Of a DNA stretch of 64,000 bases, positions 11,671-22,987 are shown one piece after another. Made by a program: the position numbers and the translations under genes. Source of the stretch: TPA_inf: Saccharomyces (Eukaryota); assembly GCA_000146045.2 (NCBI GenBank), contig BK006948.2, positions 800,001-864,000 on the forward strand. The letters run 5' to 3'. Within the stretch, counting starts at the first letter, position 1, and every line of letters begins with the position of its first letter. The notes beneath the pieces are model-generated. The model was not told where the DNA came from. It worked only from the letters and a program-made list of their open reading frames with translations, and did no database searches.

Positions 11671-12324
11671 ATGTCATGGAGGTATGCGTTAAAAAACTAC
11701 GTTACCAGCCCAGAAACGGTAAACGATGATACAGTCACATACTTTGATGATAAAGTGTCCATAATTAGAGACTCGTTTCCTAAATCAGAGTGCCATTTAT
11801 TGATTCTACCACGAACTATGCAGCTGAGTAGAAGTCATCCTACTAAAGTGATTGATGCTAAGTTTAAGAATGAGTTTGAATCATACGTTAATTCTGCGAT
11901 TGACCACATCTTTAGGCATTTTCAAGAAAAGTTCCGAATAAAGAAGAGTGATGATGACAAAGACCCCTGCTGGGATGACATATTAAAAGACAAAAACAAG
12001 TTTGTAAGAAATTTTGTACAAGTTGGGATACACAGCGTGCCTTCGATGGCCAACTTACATATACACGTCATATCCAAAGATTTCCATTCGGTAAGATTGA
12101 AGAACAAAAAACATTATAATTCATTTAATACTGGATTCTTCATTAGTTGGGACGATTTACCATTGAACGGAAAAAATTTGGGCACTGACAAGGAAATTGA
12201 AACTACGTACCTGAAAGAACACGATTTACTTTGCTGCTATTGTCAGCGAAATTTTAGTAATAAATTTAGCTTATTGAAAAAGCATTTAGAACTAGAGTTC
12301 AATAGCCATTTCGAGCTTAAATAA
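11671..12324 (+). CDS. HNT3: Hnt3, aprataxin-like HIT-family DNA 5'-adenylate hydrolase (217 aa)
   Basis: Histidine-triad motif LHIHVIS; C-terminal C2H2 zinc finger CCYCQRNFSNKFSLLKKHLELEFNSH. Confidence 0.9.
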   Translation: MSWRYALKNYVTSPETVNDDTVTYFDDKVSIIRDSFPKSECHLLILPRTMQLSRSHPTKVIDAKFKNEFESYVNSAIDHIFRHFQEKFRIKKSDDDKDPCWDDILKDKNKFVRNFVQVGIHSVPSMANLHIHVISKDFHSVRLKNKKHYNSFNTGFFISWDDLPLNGKNLGTDKEIETTYLKEHDLLCCYCQRNFSNKFSLLKKHLELEFNSHFELK

Positions 12325-12394
12325 GGCAAGCTTTCTCGCATTTCTTTTTGTTACTGATATACACATACCTATACATACACATGTCTTTTTAACA

Positions 12395-13708
12395 TCATAA
12401 TTTTTGGTATTCTATAGTGCCTTCCAATTTCTTAACTTCAGCTACTTTTCTTACGGCTTTCATTAAATCATCAGGGTTGATGTGATCACGGTCATCTCTT
12501 ATGGCGAAAAAACCTGCTTCAGTTGCACAGTTACGAATATCAGCACCATTGAAACCATCACTCATTTTTACAGCAGCCTCGAAGTCAAATTCCCCTGTTT
12601 TTTTGACTTTTGCAGTATGAATTTTGAAAATTTCTAATCTGCCGGCCTCATTTGGCAATGGGATTTCAACTTTCCTGTCTAGTCTACCGGGCCTCAACAA
12701 AGCAGGATCTAAAGTATCTGGTCTATTCGTAGCCATGATGATTTTAGTCTGTCCAAGATTATCAAAACCATCCATCTGGGTCAACAACTCCATCAACGTA
12801 CGTTGAATTTCACGGTCTGCTGAAGTACCTTCACTGAATCTTCTACCACCAATAGCATCCACTTCATCCATAAAAATGATGCAAGGTTCGTGTTCCTTTG
12901 CATATGCAAACATTTCTCTAATAATACGAGCAGACTCACCAATGTATTTATCCACAATACCAGACGCTGGAGAGAAAATGAAGTTGGCTCCAATCGTAGC
13001 AGCAACTGCCTTCGCTAGTAAAGTTTTACCAGTACCAGGGGGACCATATAGTAGCACACCCTTTGGAGGTTTGATACCGACCCTCTGGAAAATTTCTGGG
13101 TTCTTCAATGGTAATTCTATAACCTCCCTTAATTCTCTGATTTGCTCAGTCAAACCACCAATACCATCAAAAGTGATTTCACCTTGTTCAAAACTGGTCA
13201 TATTATACACCAGTGGATCTGTCTCTCTGGGCAAAATTCTCATTATAGTCAAAGTGGTGATATCTAAGGTGACTCTCACCCCTTTCTTTAATTTAGAGCG
13301 ATCTACCGAATTCCTAACTCCGACAATATAACGTGGGCCCGAAGAGGCCTTCACTATATATTTCTCTTCAGATAATTCCTTCATGACTTCGCCAATCAAT
13401 TGTCCAATACTTTGCAAAGCTTTTATGTCGTTTTCAGTCTTGTCATATAACTTCTCTAGATCTCGTATATTTTGACGGCGCTGCTTCAATTGATCATCAT
13501 ACCTTCTGTGTTCTAGCAGCTTTCTCTTGAATTGATTCAAGGCCTTGTTATGGGCCTCCTGTTCAGGATCCACTCTAGAAGGCTCCTCTTCATGATGTTC
13601 TTCCGTTTCCTGTGGTTGTTCTGGTTGTTGTTCGTGTGACTGTTGGGTGTGATTGTCGCCGGACGTTTCCCCCAATCCTGCTAATAAAGGGTCCTGTTCT
13701 TCACTCAT
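12395..13708 (-). CDS. RPT4: Rpt4, 26S proteasome regulatory-particle AAA ATPase (437 aa)
   Basis: Walker [17 protein letters not shown] second region of homology, N-terminal coiled coil; PACE element 104 bp upstream. Confidence 0.94.
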
Positions 13709-13811
13709 TCTTAGTTATTAATATCTTTGCTTCGTCTGTTATCTTTGGAACCGGTGCGAGGTACTAGATTTAATTTACTTCACTATGGTATTTCAAGCTT
13801 CCTTTCCCTTC

Positions 13812-13820
13812 GGTGGCAAA
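13812..13820. promoter_or_regulatory. PACE (Rpn4-binding proteasome-associated control element) GGTGGCAAA in the RPT4 promoter
   Basis: Exact 9-mer GGTGGCAAA 104 bp upstream of the RPT4 ATG, in the RPT4/GCD1 divergent intergenic region. Confidence 0.55.
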
Positions 13821-13983
13821 TTCCACTATTTGAAAGGTCACCCGCCTATCGCAAAATTTTTCACTTCTCATCACTATATTGAAATATAACAATCAAGCAC
13901 TTTACGATGCAACAGAAAATGCTGAACGCTGTGCTGACCAAAAGTTCCCACCGTTGATAGCTCCCCCCCCTATTGTCGTAGTC

Positions 13984-15720
13984 ATGTCAATTCAGGCTTT
14001 TGTCTTTTGCGGTAAAGGTTCCAATTTGGCTCCCTTCACCCAGCCAGATTTTCCATTCCAAACGCAGAACAAAGACAGTACAGCTGCCACGAGCGGTGAC
14101 AAACTTAATGAGTTGGTCAATAGCGCCCTCGATTCAACTGTCATAAATGAGTTCATGCAACATTCAACGCGCTTGCCCAAGGCTCTTTTGCCCATCGGTA
14201 ATAGACCTATGATTGAATACGTCTTGGATTGGTGTGATCAGGCAGATTTCAAAGAAATCAGTGTGGTCGCACCCGTTGACGAAATCGAATTAATTGAAAG
14301 TGGACTGACTTCGTTTTTGTCCCTAAGAAAGCAACAATTTGAACTAATATACAAGGCTTTGTCAAATTCCAACCACAGTCATCACTTGCAAGATCCTAAG
14401 AAAATTAATTTCATCCCTTCGAAGGCAAATTCTACAGGTGAGTCCTTGCAAAAAGAGCTTTTGCCTAGAATCAATGGCGATTTTGTAATCTTGCCCTGTG
14501 ATTTTGTCACAGATATACCTCCACAAGTCTTGGTCGATCAATTTAGGAATAGGGATGATAATAACCTAGCAATGACTATCTACTATAAGAACTCTTTAGA
14601 TAGTAGTATCGATAAAAAGCAACAGCAAAAGCAAAAACAACAGCAATTTTTCACTGTTTATTCAGAAAACGAAGACTCAGAGAGGCAGCCAATACTTTTG
14701 GACGTTTATTCTCAAAGGGACGTCACAAAGACAAAATATCTACAGATCAGATCTCATTTATTATGGAACTATCCAAATTTAACAGTATCCACTAAGTTAC
14801 TGAACTCATTCATCTACTTTTGTTCCTTTGAACTTTGCCAGTTGTTAAAATTAGGACCTCAATCAATGTCAAGACAAGCTTCATTCAAAGATCCATTTAC
14901 TGGAAACCAACAACAGCAAAACCCTCCTACTACTGATGATGATGAAGATCGCAATCATGATGATGACGATGATTACAAACCTTCGGCTACATCTATCCAG
15001 CCTACCTACTTCAAAAAAAAGAATGATCTCATCTTGGACCCAATAAACTGTAATAAATCATTGAGTAAGGTTTTTAGAGATTTATCTCGTCGTTCGTGGC
15101 AACATTCGAAACCGAGGGAACCAATAGGTATTTTTATTTTACCAAACGAAACCTTGTTCATCAGAGCCAATAACTTGAATGCTTACATGGACGCTAATAG
15201 ATTTGTACTAAAGATAAAATCACAAACGATGTTCACGAAAAATATACAGATTCAATCTGCCGCTATCGGTGCTGATGCCATAGTAGATCCCAAATGCCAA
15301 ATCTCTGCTCATAGTAATGTCAAGATGTCTGTTCTCGGTACTCAGGCCAATATTGGTTCCAGATGTCGTGTTGCAGGGTCTCTCTTATTTCCTGGAGTCC
15401 ATCTTGGTGACGAAGTAATCCTGGAAAATTGTATTATTGGACCTATGGCAAAAATCGGTTCAAAGTGTAAACTCAGCAATTGTTATATCGAAGGCCATTA
15501 TGTTGTGGAGCCTAAAAATAACTTTAAAGGTGAAACACTGGCCAACGTTTATTTGGATGAAGATGAGGAGGACGAGTTAATATATGATGATAGTGTTATT
15601 GCTGGAGAAAGTGAAATCGCCGAAGAAACTGACAGTGATGATAGAAGCGATGAAGATTCTGATGATAGTGAATATACCGACGAGTACGAGTACGAAGATG
15701 ACGGATTATTTGAGCGTTAA
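13984..15720 (+). CDS. GCD1: Gcd1, eIF2B gamma subunit (578 aa)
   Basis: Nucleotidyltransferase-like N-terminus plus hexapeptide repeats; acidic C-terminal tail; true ATG at 13984 (MSIQAFVFCGKGS); the ORF-track start at 13879 is TTG. Confidence 0.9.
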   Translation: MSIQAFVFCGKGSNLAPFTQPDFPFQTQNKDSTAATSGDKLNELVNSALDSTVINEFMQHSTRLPKALLPIGNRPMIEYVLDWCDQADFKEISVVAPVDEIELIESGLTSFLSLRKQQFELIYKALSNSNHSHHLQDPKKINFIPSKANSTGESLQKELLPRINGDFVILPCDFVTDIPPQVLVDQFRNRDDNNLAMTIYYKNSLDSSIDKKQQQKQKQQQFFTVYSENEDSERQPILLDVYSQRDVTKTKYLQIRSHLLWNYPNLTVSTKLLNSFIYFCSFELCQLLKLGPQSMSRQASFKDPFTGNQQQQNPPTTDDDEDRNHDDDDDYKPSATSIQPTYFKKKNDLILDPINCNKSLSKVFRDLSRRSWQHSKPREPIGIFILPNETLFIRANNLNAYMDANRFVLKIKSQTMFTKNIQIQSAAIGADAIVDPKCQISAHSNVKMSVLGTQANIGSRCRVAGSLLFPGVHLGDEVILENCIIGPMAKIGSKCKLSNCYIEGHYVVEPKNNFKGETLANVYLDEDEEDELIYDDSVIAGESEIAEETDSDDRSDEDSDDSEYTDEYEYEDDGLFER

Positions 15721-15914
15721 TATAAACTTATGTATATTCCTTCAGTCTCTTTAATAGAGACCAAGTAAGTAAGTGGACGAGAATAGAGGCGATATTATGC
15801 ATTTATATTTGAAATTCAACAGAACATAATTATGCTTAAGCAAATTAACATGTTGTATTAATACATAGCGTTTTACACATCTATTTCATATATTATGTTA
15901 TGTTAATTTTTGAA

Positions 15915-16931
15915 TTAATTTTTCTTGTTCTTTCGTTGGATCAATGGCGCAGTTGCTTCTTTGTCACCACTCTCACTCTCACTGTCATCAGAGACTTTTG
16001 ATTGTTTGTCCTTTACTCTTTGTTCTTGAATTTTTTTATTTTGAATTTTGTTTTCAATCAAATCATCAAACGCGATAATTGACCTAACCAAATTGCTTAT
16101 ATATATAACCATTAATTCATCATTAGTTTTCACAGTTAAAGCCTTTTGTAAGTTATTTGAAATATTAATTCTGTCATGATTCTCCACATCTATTTCGTCA
16201 TCATCAGGTGTTCCCAGATTTGGTAAAAGGTTGAAAACATCTTGTAGCTTGCCCAATATAGTGTGGTTTATCGGTAATTCCTTATTAATGACTTTGTCTA
16301 AGTACTCGACAACGTCTTTTAGTTTGCTTTGTAATCCTTTCAAAGATTTTAATTGGTTGGTCAACCGGATAGATAAGCCACCTGCTGCTTGATCACGTAC
16401 GTCTCTCAATAAGTGTTCTACACCAATTTCTTCAGCTTCTTCGGCCTCAATAGTACAAGGCAAATGAAGAAACGTCTTTTCTGTAGACGTACCATCATCC
16501 TTAACTTGCTCAATCGCGACATATGCATCTGTTGGTAAACCAACACCTTGTTGTTTGACATCAACAATTAATAATAGCGGATTATTCTGAGTATATTTTT
16601 TAAACAGCTCATTAATCTTGAGGTCAGAAGCCCTTAATTTAGGACCACTATGATACCATCCAATGAGTTTTTCCTTGGCATTAATCTTTTTACACATTTC
16701 ATTCATGTTTTCAATATAATTATGGTCTAAAAACCACACGTCAGAGTTTTTCTCATCTTCTTCAAACGGTAAGGCAAAGGAATTAGTGACTCTGATAGTG
16801 GAACTGTTAGCATCACCTAAGATGACACCAACGCATCTTTTGTTTTCTTTTGTCTGCGTACGCTCATAATGATCCAAAGCAGATAGCAAAACTAGTGGTG
16901 CAATGGTAACTTTCTCGTGTTGTAGAGACAT
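15915..16931 (-). CDS. RPN8: Rpn8, proteasome lid MPN-domain subunit (338 aa)
   Basis: MPN domain without a JAMM metal site; 338 aa; PACE-variant motif in its promoter; gene order. Confidence 0.9.
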
Positions 16932-17291
16932 TGTAATTTGATTTTCCTTTCTTTCTTTCTTTTTTTAAATTCGAAAAATGCCCTCAATCAGTAGCAGTTG
17001 TACAGAAAGCCAACGTTACACTATAGATTGCTTAGCTGTTGGCTTCACAATTATTTCATTGTAGATTCTACGTTACGTGCAACTTGAGTAACGATTTGCC
17101 ACTGAGGTATCCCCGAACTTTAGTAAAATCAAATTTCGTAATAAGTGATTAGGAATATTGCTACTTAAAGTAAGTGATGCTCATTGAAAGATTGCATTGT
17201 GAGTCTTCACTACTTACCGTAATAGAATGGTTTGTTTTCATTTGATTGTTGTTGTGTCAATAGTTTTGATTTTCTACTAGAGAGTACAATA

Positions 17292-18335
17292 ATGCCCTTC
17301 GCTCAGATTGTTATTGGTCCACCAGGTTCAGGGAAGTCAACCTATTGCAACGGCTGCTCACAGTTCTTCAATGCCATCGGAAGACATTCCCAGGTAGTGA
17401 ATATGGATCCTGCTAATGATGCCTTACCTTACCCATGCGCTGTGGATATTCGTGATTTTATAACATTAGAGGAGATCATGCAAGAGCAACAGTTAGGCCC
17501 TAATGGAGGTTTGATGTATGCTGTTGAATCATTGGATAATTCTATTGATTTGTTCATTTTACAGATCAAGTCACTTGTAGAAGAAGAAAAAGCATATCTT
17601 GTATTCGACTGTCCGGGCCAAGTGGAGCTATTTACTCATCACTCATCTTTGTTCAACATCTTTAAAAAAATGGAAAAGGAATTGGACATTAGGTTTTGTG
17701 TTGTAAATTTGATTGACTGTTTTTACATGACATCCCCTTCACAATATATCTCGATTTTGTTACTTGCATTGAGGTCTATGTTAATGATGGATCTCCCTCA
17801 CATCAACGTTTTTTCTAAAATAGATATGCTGAAATCATACGGAGAATTACCCTTTAGATTAGACTATTATACAGAGGTCCAGGATCTGGATTATTTGGAG
17901 CCATATATTGAAAAGGAAGGCTCTAGTGTACTGGGAAAGAAATATAGCAAGTTAACTGAAACAATCAAAGAGCTAGTCTCAGATTTCAACTTAGTATCAT
18001 TTGAGGTTTTGTCCGTGGATGACAAAGAAAGTATGATAAATCTTCAAGGTGTTATAGATAAAGCAAATGGCTACATATTCGGCGCATCCGAAGTTGGTGG
18101 TGATACCGTGTGGGCTGAGGCTTCGCGAGAAGGTGCATTAATAGCGAATTACGACATTCAAGACAGGTGGATAGACAATAAAGAGAAGTATGATAAAGAA
18201 GAAGAAGAAAAACGTACGGCGTTGTTAAAAGAACAAGAATTGCAAAATAAAGCTGTTGATGTGAATGAAGAAGATGAGTGGGAAAATGCGCTGAAGGAGT
18301 GGGAAGAGAAACAAGGAATGGATTTTGTTAGGTAG
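17292..18335 (+). CDS. GPN2: Gpn2, GPN-loop GTPase (347 aa)
   Basis: P-loop GPPGSGKST and the GPN motif (QQLGPNGGL); the first ATG is at 17292 (MPFAQIVIG); the ORF-track start at 17232 is TTG. Confidence 0.9.
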   Translation: MPFAQIVIGPPGSGKSTYCNGCSQFFNAIGRHSQVVNMDPANDALPYPCAVDIRDFITLEEIMQEQQLGPNGGLMYAVESLDNSIDLFILQIKSLVEEEKAYLVFDCPGQVELFTHHSSLFNIFKKMEKELDIRFCVVNLIDCFYMTSPSQYISILLLALRSMLMMDLPHINVFSKIDMLKSYGELPFRLDYYTEVQDLDYLEPYIEKEGSSVLGKKYSKLTETIKELVSDFNLVSFEVLSVDDKESMINLQGVIDKANGYIFGASEVGGDTVWAEASREGALIANYDIQDRWIDNKEKYDKEEEEKRTALLKEQELQNKAVDVNEEDEWENALKEWEEKQGMDFVR

Positions 18336-18865
18336 CGTGTTCAGGTATCTTTTTCTCGTTCAGCCGTGGAACTTAATTCAAAATTGAAAATTGTATACAG
18401 AGTATATATGCATATAATTGAAAGCAGCTTACTACGAAATGTTCTTGAATTGCTGGCCGAGTTGCAAATCAGCTGCAAAGGACAGAACCCTATGTCTGAA
18501 CATGATTGCTTTCGTACCCTGAAAGCCAGCGCTACTAATTAACCAGGTTGACCAGCCTTCACTCATTCGCGGCGACAGCAAAAGCGGAAGAAGAAAAAAA
18601 TAACCAGCAAACTGTCAATGGGTTTCTAGGAGGAAAAAGAACAAGTTAAAAATGATTAGCACCAACAACGTTGCCTATATCTGTCATTGGGCAGCTGTGC
18701 GGGGATTCTAAGGTTTTTGCGCAGATCGTGATATAAAATGTTGTAAAAATGGTTTGCTACTCTATATTGATGAAGTTTTCATATTCAAAAGGATTTATTA
18801 AATGAATGAACCATTTATAATTGTGAGGGCAGGATAGCAAAAAAATCCTACAGAATAACTTAGTA

Positions 18866-20158
18866 ATGCCAAGAAAGTTTTTGGGCAATAAAATTGAAAA
18901 GAATGTTGATGCAGTCAGACCATCTTCGCTAACATTAACAGCTGATGACTTGAAGTATATTCCACCGATACCACAAGATTTTGAAGATGAAGATGATAAG
19001 GTTTTACGTACCAGCAACGGTGGTAACAGGTTGTCTAAAAGATTTGGGGGTACACTGAAACTGAAGAAACGGTTAGAGTCTGTTCCAGAATTGTTCTTAC
19101 ATGATTTCAAGAAGAGGCCACGCTCCCAACTTGAGGTGATTAGAGAGAAAAAATTTACTGACATGCAAGTTCCCAAGGGACCAGTTTGTCCTCAAAGCAC
19201 GATTCTACCATTACGAGAAAGAAAGAAGGTAAAATCACTACCAATTCAAAGAAAAAGTTTACGTAGGCCGACGCTGTCAAAGCCTGCAGTAGTACAATCT
19301 TTAGGGCATAAGACACATTCGGATCATATTATTGATAAAGTGTTTGTCTCTCGCCCGGCCCCAATTGTAATGCCTGTAAAAGCCCTTACTCCTATTAATC
19401 CGGTCTCCCTAATGCAAACACAGACACAAGATTGCTGTAGAAAAAATAAGTATGGCAAAAGCGGTAGTGAAATATTGTTTGACGAAATTCTATCAGCCTA
19501 TGAAAACGTTTCTACAAGCGATTCTACTGCCCTAAATTCAGAAATTGACAGAATTATCGATATATGCGCTTCAAAACAAATAGCTAAAAAAAATGAGGCA
19601 TTTCAGGTACCATATGTCGTCTGCCCTGACGACACAGAGACTTTGTTTTCGTCAACAACACCAAAGTTGAAACCTGTCAATTCTAACACATTAAACGATG
19701 TCATTTCTAGCCCAGAATACACCACGTCTGGATGCAGTACATACTCTGACCAATCGAATTCAGATGAGGAATTGTCCGAAGTAGAAAGTATAGTATGGAA
19801 CACGAATAAGAGGACAATGAGATCATCCATTGTGTCTGAAAGCACTAGTGAGGAAGGCTATTGCACTGCTGCGGAGACTTTGCCCTCAACAGTATCAGTG
19901 GAAGATCTGGATATACATAACAAGCTTCCAAAAGTTGCACAAACATCATCGTGCAATACGCTTTTGAATAAACTCTCTATAAGAAAATTAAAAAAAGTAA
20001 TTCTCGATCCGCCTAAAATAATGCATGTCATGACTTTTGACGATGACAGTGATGATGGAGATGACAACGATGACGAGGATAGGGCTTTGAATATTCTTCA
20101 AAAAAAAATTGACTGCATTGAAATAGCAAGTTGCAGCAGTAGCATTTACAGCGAATAA
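18866..20158 (+). CDS. DSE3: Dse3, daughter-cell-specific protein (430 aa)
   Basis: ATG-start 430-aa Ser-rich ORF with an acidic C-terminus; identity by gene order and recall. Confidence 0.75.
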   Translation: MPRKFLGNKIEKNVDAVRPSSLTLTADDLKYIPPIPQDFEDEDDKVLRTSNGGNRLSKRFGGTLKLKKRLESVPELFLHDFKKRPRSQLEVIREKKFTDMQVPKGPVCPQSTILPLRERKKVKSLPIQRKSLRRPTLSKPAVVQSLGHKTHSDHIIDKVFVSRPAPIVMPVKALTPINPVSLMQTQTQDCCRKNKYGKSGSEILFDEILSAYENVSTSDSTALNSEIDRIIDICASKQIAKKNEAFQVPYVVCPDDTETLFSSTTPKLKPVNSNTLNDVISSPEYTTSGCSTYSDQSNSDEELSEVESIVWNTNKRTMRSSIVSESTSEEGYCTAAETLPSTVSVEDLDIHNKLPKVAQTSSCNTLLNKLSIRKLKKVILDPPKIMHVMTFDDDSDDGDDNDDEDRALNILQKKIDCIEIASCSSSIYSE

Positions 20159-20453
20159 AAAAATTTATTCTAGGTTTCAAGTAAAATCATACGTATATAA
20201 GTAGAATAATGGCATGAGCGGTGACACATTGTGTATTTGCACCAGAGGTGGTCATCAATAGAAAAGTGTCACAATTTCAACGATAAATGGCCGCTTATGT
20301 CGCACCTTTTGTAGTATTACCCGCAAAGGATCATAATGAAGAACTACTATGGCTACATATAAACAGAGCAGTTAGATACAGTGCGTCTTATAAGGGCATT
20401 TTTGAGCATAAAGCACAACAGGTTGAACTCAAGAAAACTACATTTCACTATCA

Positions 20454-20774
20454 ATGGCACCCACACAATTGGATATAAAAGTCAAGGCCTTGAAGAGGCT
20501 GACTAAGGAGGAAGGGTACTACCAACAAGAACTGAAAGATCAGGAAGCACATGTGGCAAAACTTAAAGAAGACAAGTCAGTTGACCCATATGACTTGAAG
20601 AAACAGGAGGAGGTCCTTGATGACACAAAAAGATTATTACCTACTTTATATGAGAAGATTAGAGAATTTAAAGAGGATTTAGAACAATTTCTAAAAACTT
20701 ACCAGGGTACCGAAGATGTCAGTGATGCAAGATCCGCTATTACGTCTGCACAGGAATTACTCGATTCTAAATAA
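20454..20774 (+). CDS. RBL2: Rbl2, tubulin-folding cofactor A (106 aa)
   Basis: Small coiled-coil protein MAPTQLDIKVKALKRLTKEE; 106 aa. Confidence 0.85.
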   Translation: MAPTQLDIKVKALKRLTKEEGYYQQELKDQEAHVAKLKEDKSVDPYDLKKQEEVLDDTKRLLPTLYEKIREFKEDLEQFLKTYQGTEDVSDARSAITSAQELLDSK

Positions 20775-21022
20775 TCTATAGATAACCTTTTTCTTACCTT
20801 TTCGCATTTATTTTGATGCAGGTTTTTATACTTTATTATGTACAAACCTGTTGCGGATGAATAATAAATCTCGCTAGAAAATGCACGGAATATTATATGC
20901 AAAAGTAGAAAAGTGGAAGACGGCTGTTGATACAGTGACGAGATATAAGAACATTTTACTCTATATTTAAAAAGAACTTTATTAATCTATTTAATTGAGT
21001 TAACACCTTTAATGCCATCGAT

Positions 21023-22294
21023 ATGGATTCTCGAGTTGCACTGGTACGAAAATACATAGCACCATCGGTGATAAAAAGCGATTCTATTCAATTGCACGGT
21101 TTAGTGAAGGCACCACTATTTAAAGCGTTGAATAGCCGTTACAAATTAGGTTCACTACAGATAGTACAGGATGTCGATTGGAATGCGAAGACAACACCAT
21201 CCGATTCTCCAGAGCCTCTGGCCGCTACTCTAAACTCTAATCGATCCCTACCAATGACTAAGTTCCCCAAGCAGGAGATCTTGGAACAGGTAAAATTGGA
21301 TACTAAGGTTGGCAAATGGAGGAAATTCATGACAGGTTGGTTTAGAATTGGATTGTATCTTTTAAAAAGCTATAAAACAGGAATTCAGAACACGTTAAAA
21401 GTATTCTGGGATACTCGAAACGAAGAGCAGAAATTCAGCATAAAAAACGGTGCATTGGCTAACTTAGTACGGGAAATAGAAATGCATGAAATCAATACAA
21501 GACTATCGTCTTCATCATTGCCTACAAGTTCTTCAGCAAAAGCCCCATTAAGGCCACTTTCAATCAATAGGAAAACACTGGTGGAACTGATCAGACGAGA
21601 TCAAATCTGGAAATTACCTGTATTTTTCACCTTAGTATTCATATTTGAGGAGGTAAGTGTATTGATCTTTACCTTTTTTCCACGTGTCTGTCCGTACAAT
21701 TGTTTAACTCCTGGTGGATACAAGAAGCTTTCCAACTCATATATCAAGGGAACAACAAGCACACAAGGTAACTACGGTCTGGGTCCCTTAGAGTTTACTA
21801 AGCAAGGTACAATTAAGTATGAGCCACCATATGCAGTTCCTATTGAGAATTTGTATAATTTTCTGACAAGCTTTCCTCAAAGTATGATATCAAACTGGAA
21901 ACTGTATATTTATAAAAAGTTAAAATTACAGAAGCTACTTTGCAATGAGATAGAAAAAATTTACCAGTATCTGTTTATCGATGACTGGTTGCTGTTGCAG
22001 AGTATACTCAACACTGATGTTGAGAAAACTAAAATCGCGCTAAGTGATAGAGAATTGGTTAACTGTATACTTGAAAGAAAACTTTATCACATGGGCGATG
22101 ACTTGAATGAGATGGTTAATGACACGTTAGGGAAAGAAATCTTACTGAAAAGATTGTTTCTTTATTGGACATTAAGATATAATGACACTATATCCTTAAA
22201 CGGAAAGCATACATTCAGTGAGAAATGGGGTGTCAACAATATATCATTGTTAAAATATAATTCAGAATTGGTAGCTACGAAAGATATTCAATAG
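21023..22294 (+). CDS. PNT1: Pnt1, mitochondrial inner-membrane protein (423 aa)
   Basis: ATG-start 423-aa ORF with a hydrophobic segment (FFTLVFIFEEVSVLIFTFF); identity by gene order and recall. Confidence 0.75.
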   Translation: MDSRVALVRKYIAPSVIKSDSIQLHGLVKAPLFKALNSRYKLGSLQIVQDVDWNAKTTPSDSPEPLAATLNSNRSLPMTKFPKQEILEQVKLDTKVGKWRKFMTGWFRIGLYLLKSYKTGIQNTLKVFWDTRNEEQKFSIKNGALANLVREIEMHEINTRLSSSSLPTSSSAKAPLRPLSINRKTLVELIRRDQIWKLPVFFTLVFIFEEVSVLIFTFFPRVCPYNCLTPGGYKKLSNSYIKGTTSTQGNYGLGPLEFTKQGTIKYEPPYAVPIENLYNFLTSFPQSMISNWKLYIYKKLKLQKLLCNEIEKIYQYLFIDDWLLLQSILNTDVEKTKIALSDRELVNCILERKLYHMGDDLNEMVNDTLGKEILLKRLFLYWTLRYNDTISLNGKHTFSEKWGVNNISLLKYNSELVATKDIQ

Positions 22295-22587
22295 ATGTAA
22301 ATATTCATGACATTATCTATGCTGTACATATTGTTTAAAACAAAAACTCTTTTAAACTTTTCTAATTGCAAATTCAAACAATAATTCAGTGATGTTTCTT
22401 GCTTTTGGAGCAAAGGGCAATGTTACTCTATATTGTATGTATAATATGATAGATACTCTTCCGTATATATAGTATATAGATTTTCGTCAAGCGTTTCAAT
22501 TGGAAAGTGAAAGAAAAAAATAAGAAAAAATAGAAAATACAATTAAATTAATCGAAAAAAGAAGTGAAAATAATTGAGTAGTTCGTA

Positions 22588-22924
22588 TTAAACCTTGTAG
22601 GTCTCTAAGTGAGCATTTTCCTCCCTAACCAATGTATGGTGATGGCCAGGCGCTCTAATAACTTTATTTTTTGAATCCATGGTACAGGCAGCAATGGCGG
22701 CAAACCATTCATCATTAAAAATATCATCTAAGGTTGCTCTTTTCTTTGGATCTACTTGCAGTATACGGGACATGATAGGTCTTGAAGCATGTGGTAGTAG
22801 ACGTAATAGACGGTATGGGCCATGAATAATTTTTTTATGGTGAGGTCCTCTGTGCTGTTGACTCGATTTATTATCGGAAGCGATACTATGGGCCTTGTCT
22901 TGATTTTGATGCTGGTGATGATGG

Positions 22925-22987
<63 letters not shown>

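Noticed and set aside
15721-15914. Near-ACS ATTTATATTTG in the GCD1/RPN8 3' intergenic region
   Set aside because: 10 of 11 match only (last position G); below the bar for even a low-confidence origin call.
18757-19176. 139-aa minus-strand ORF antisense to the DSE3 5' region (YOR263C-like)
   Set aside because: Completely overlaps the better-supported DSE3 ORF on the opposite strand; hydrophobic low-complexity translation; classic dubious overlapping ORF.
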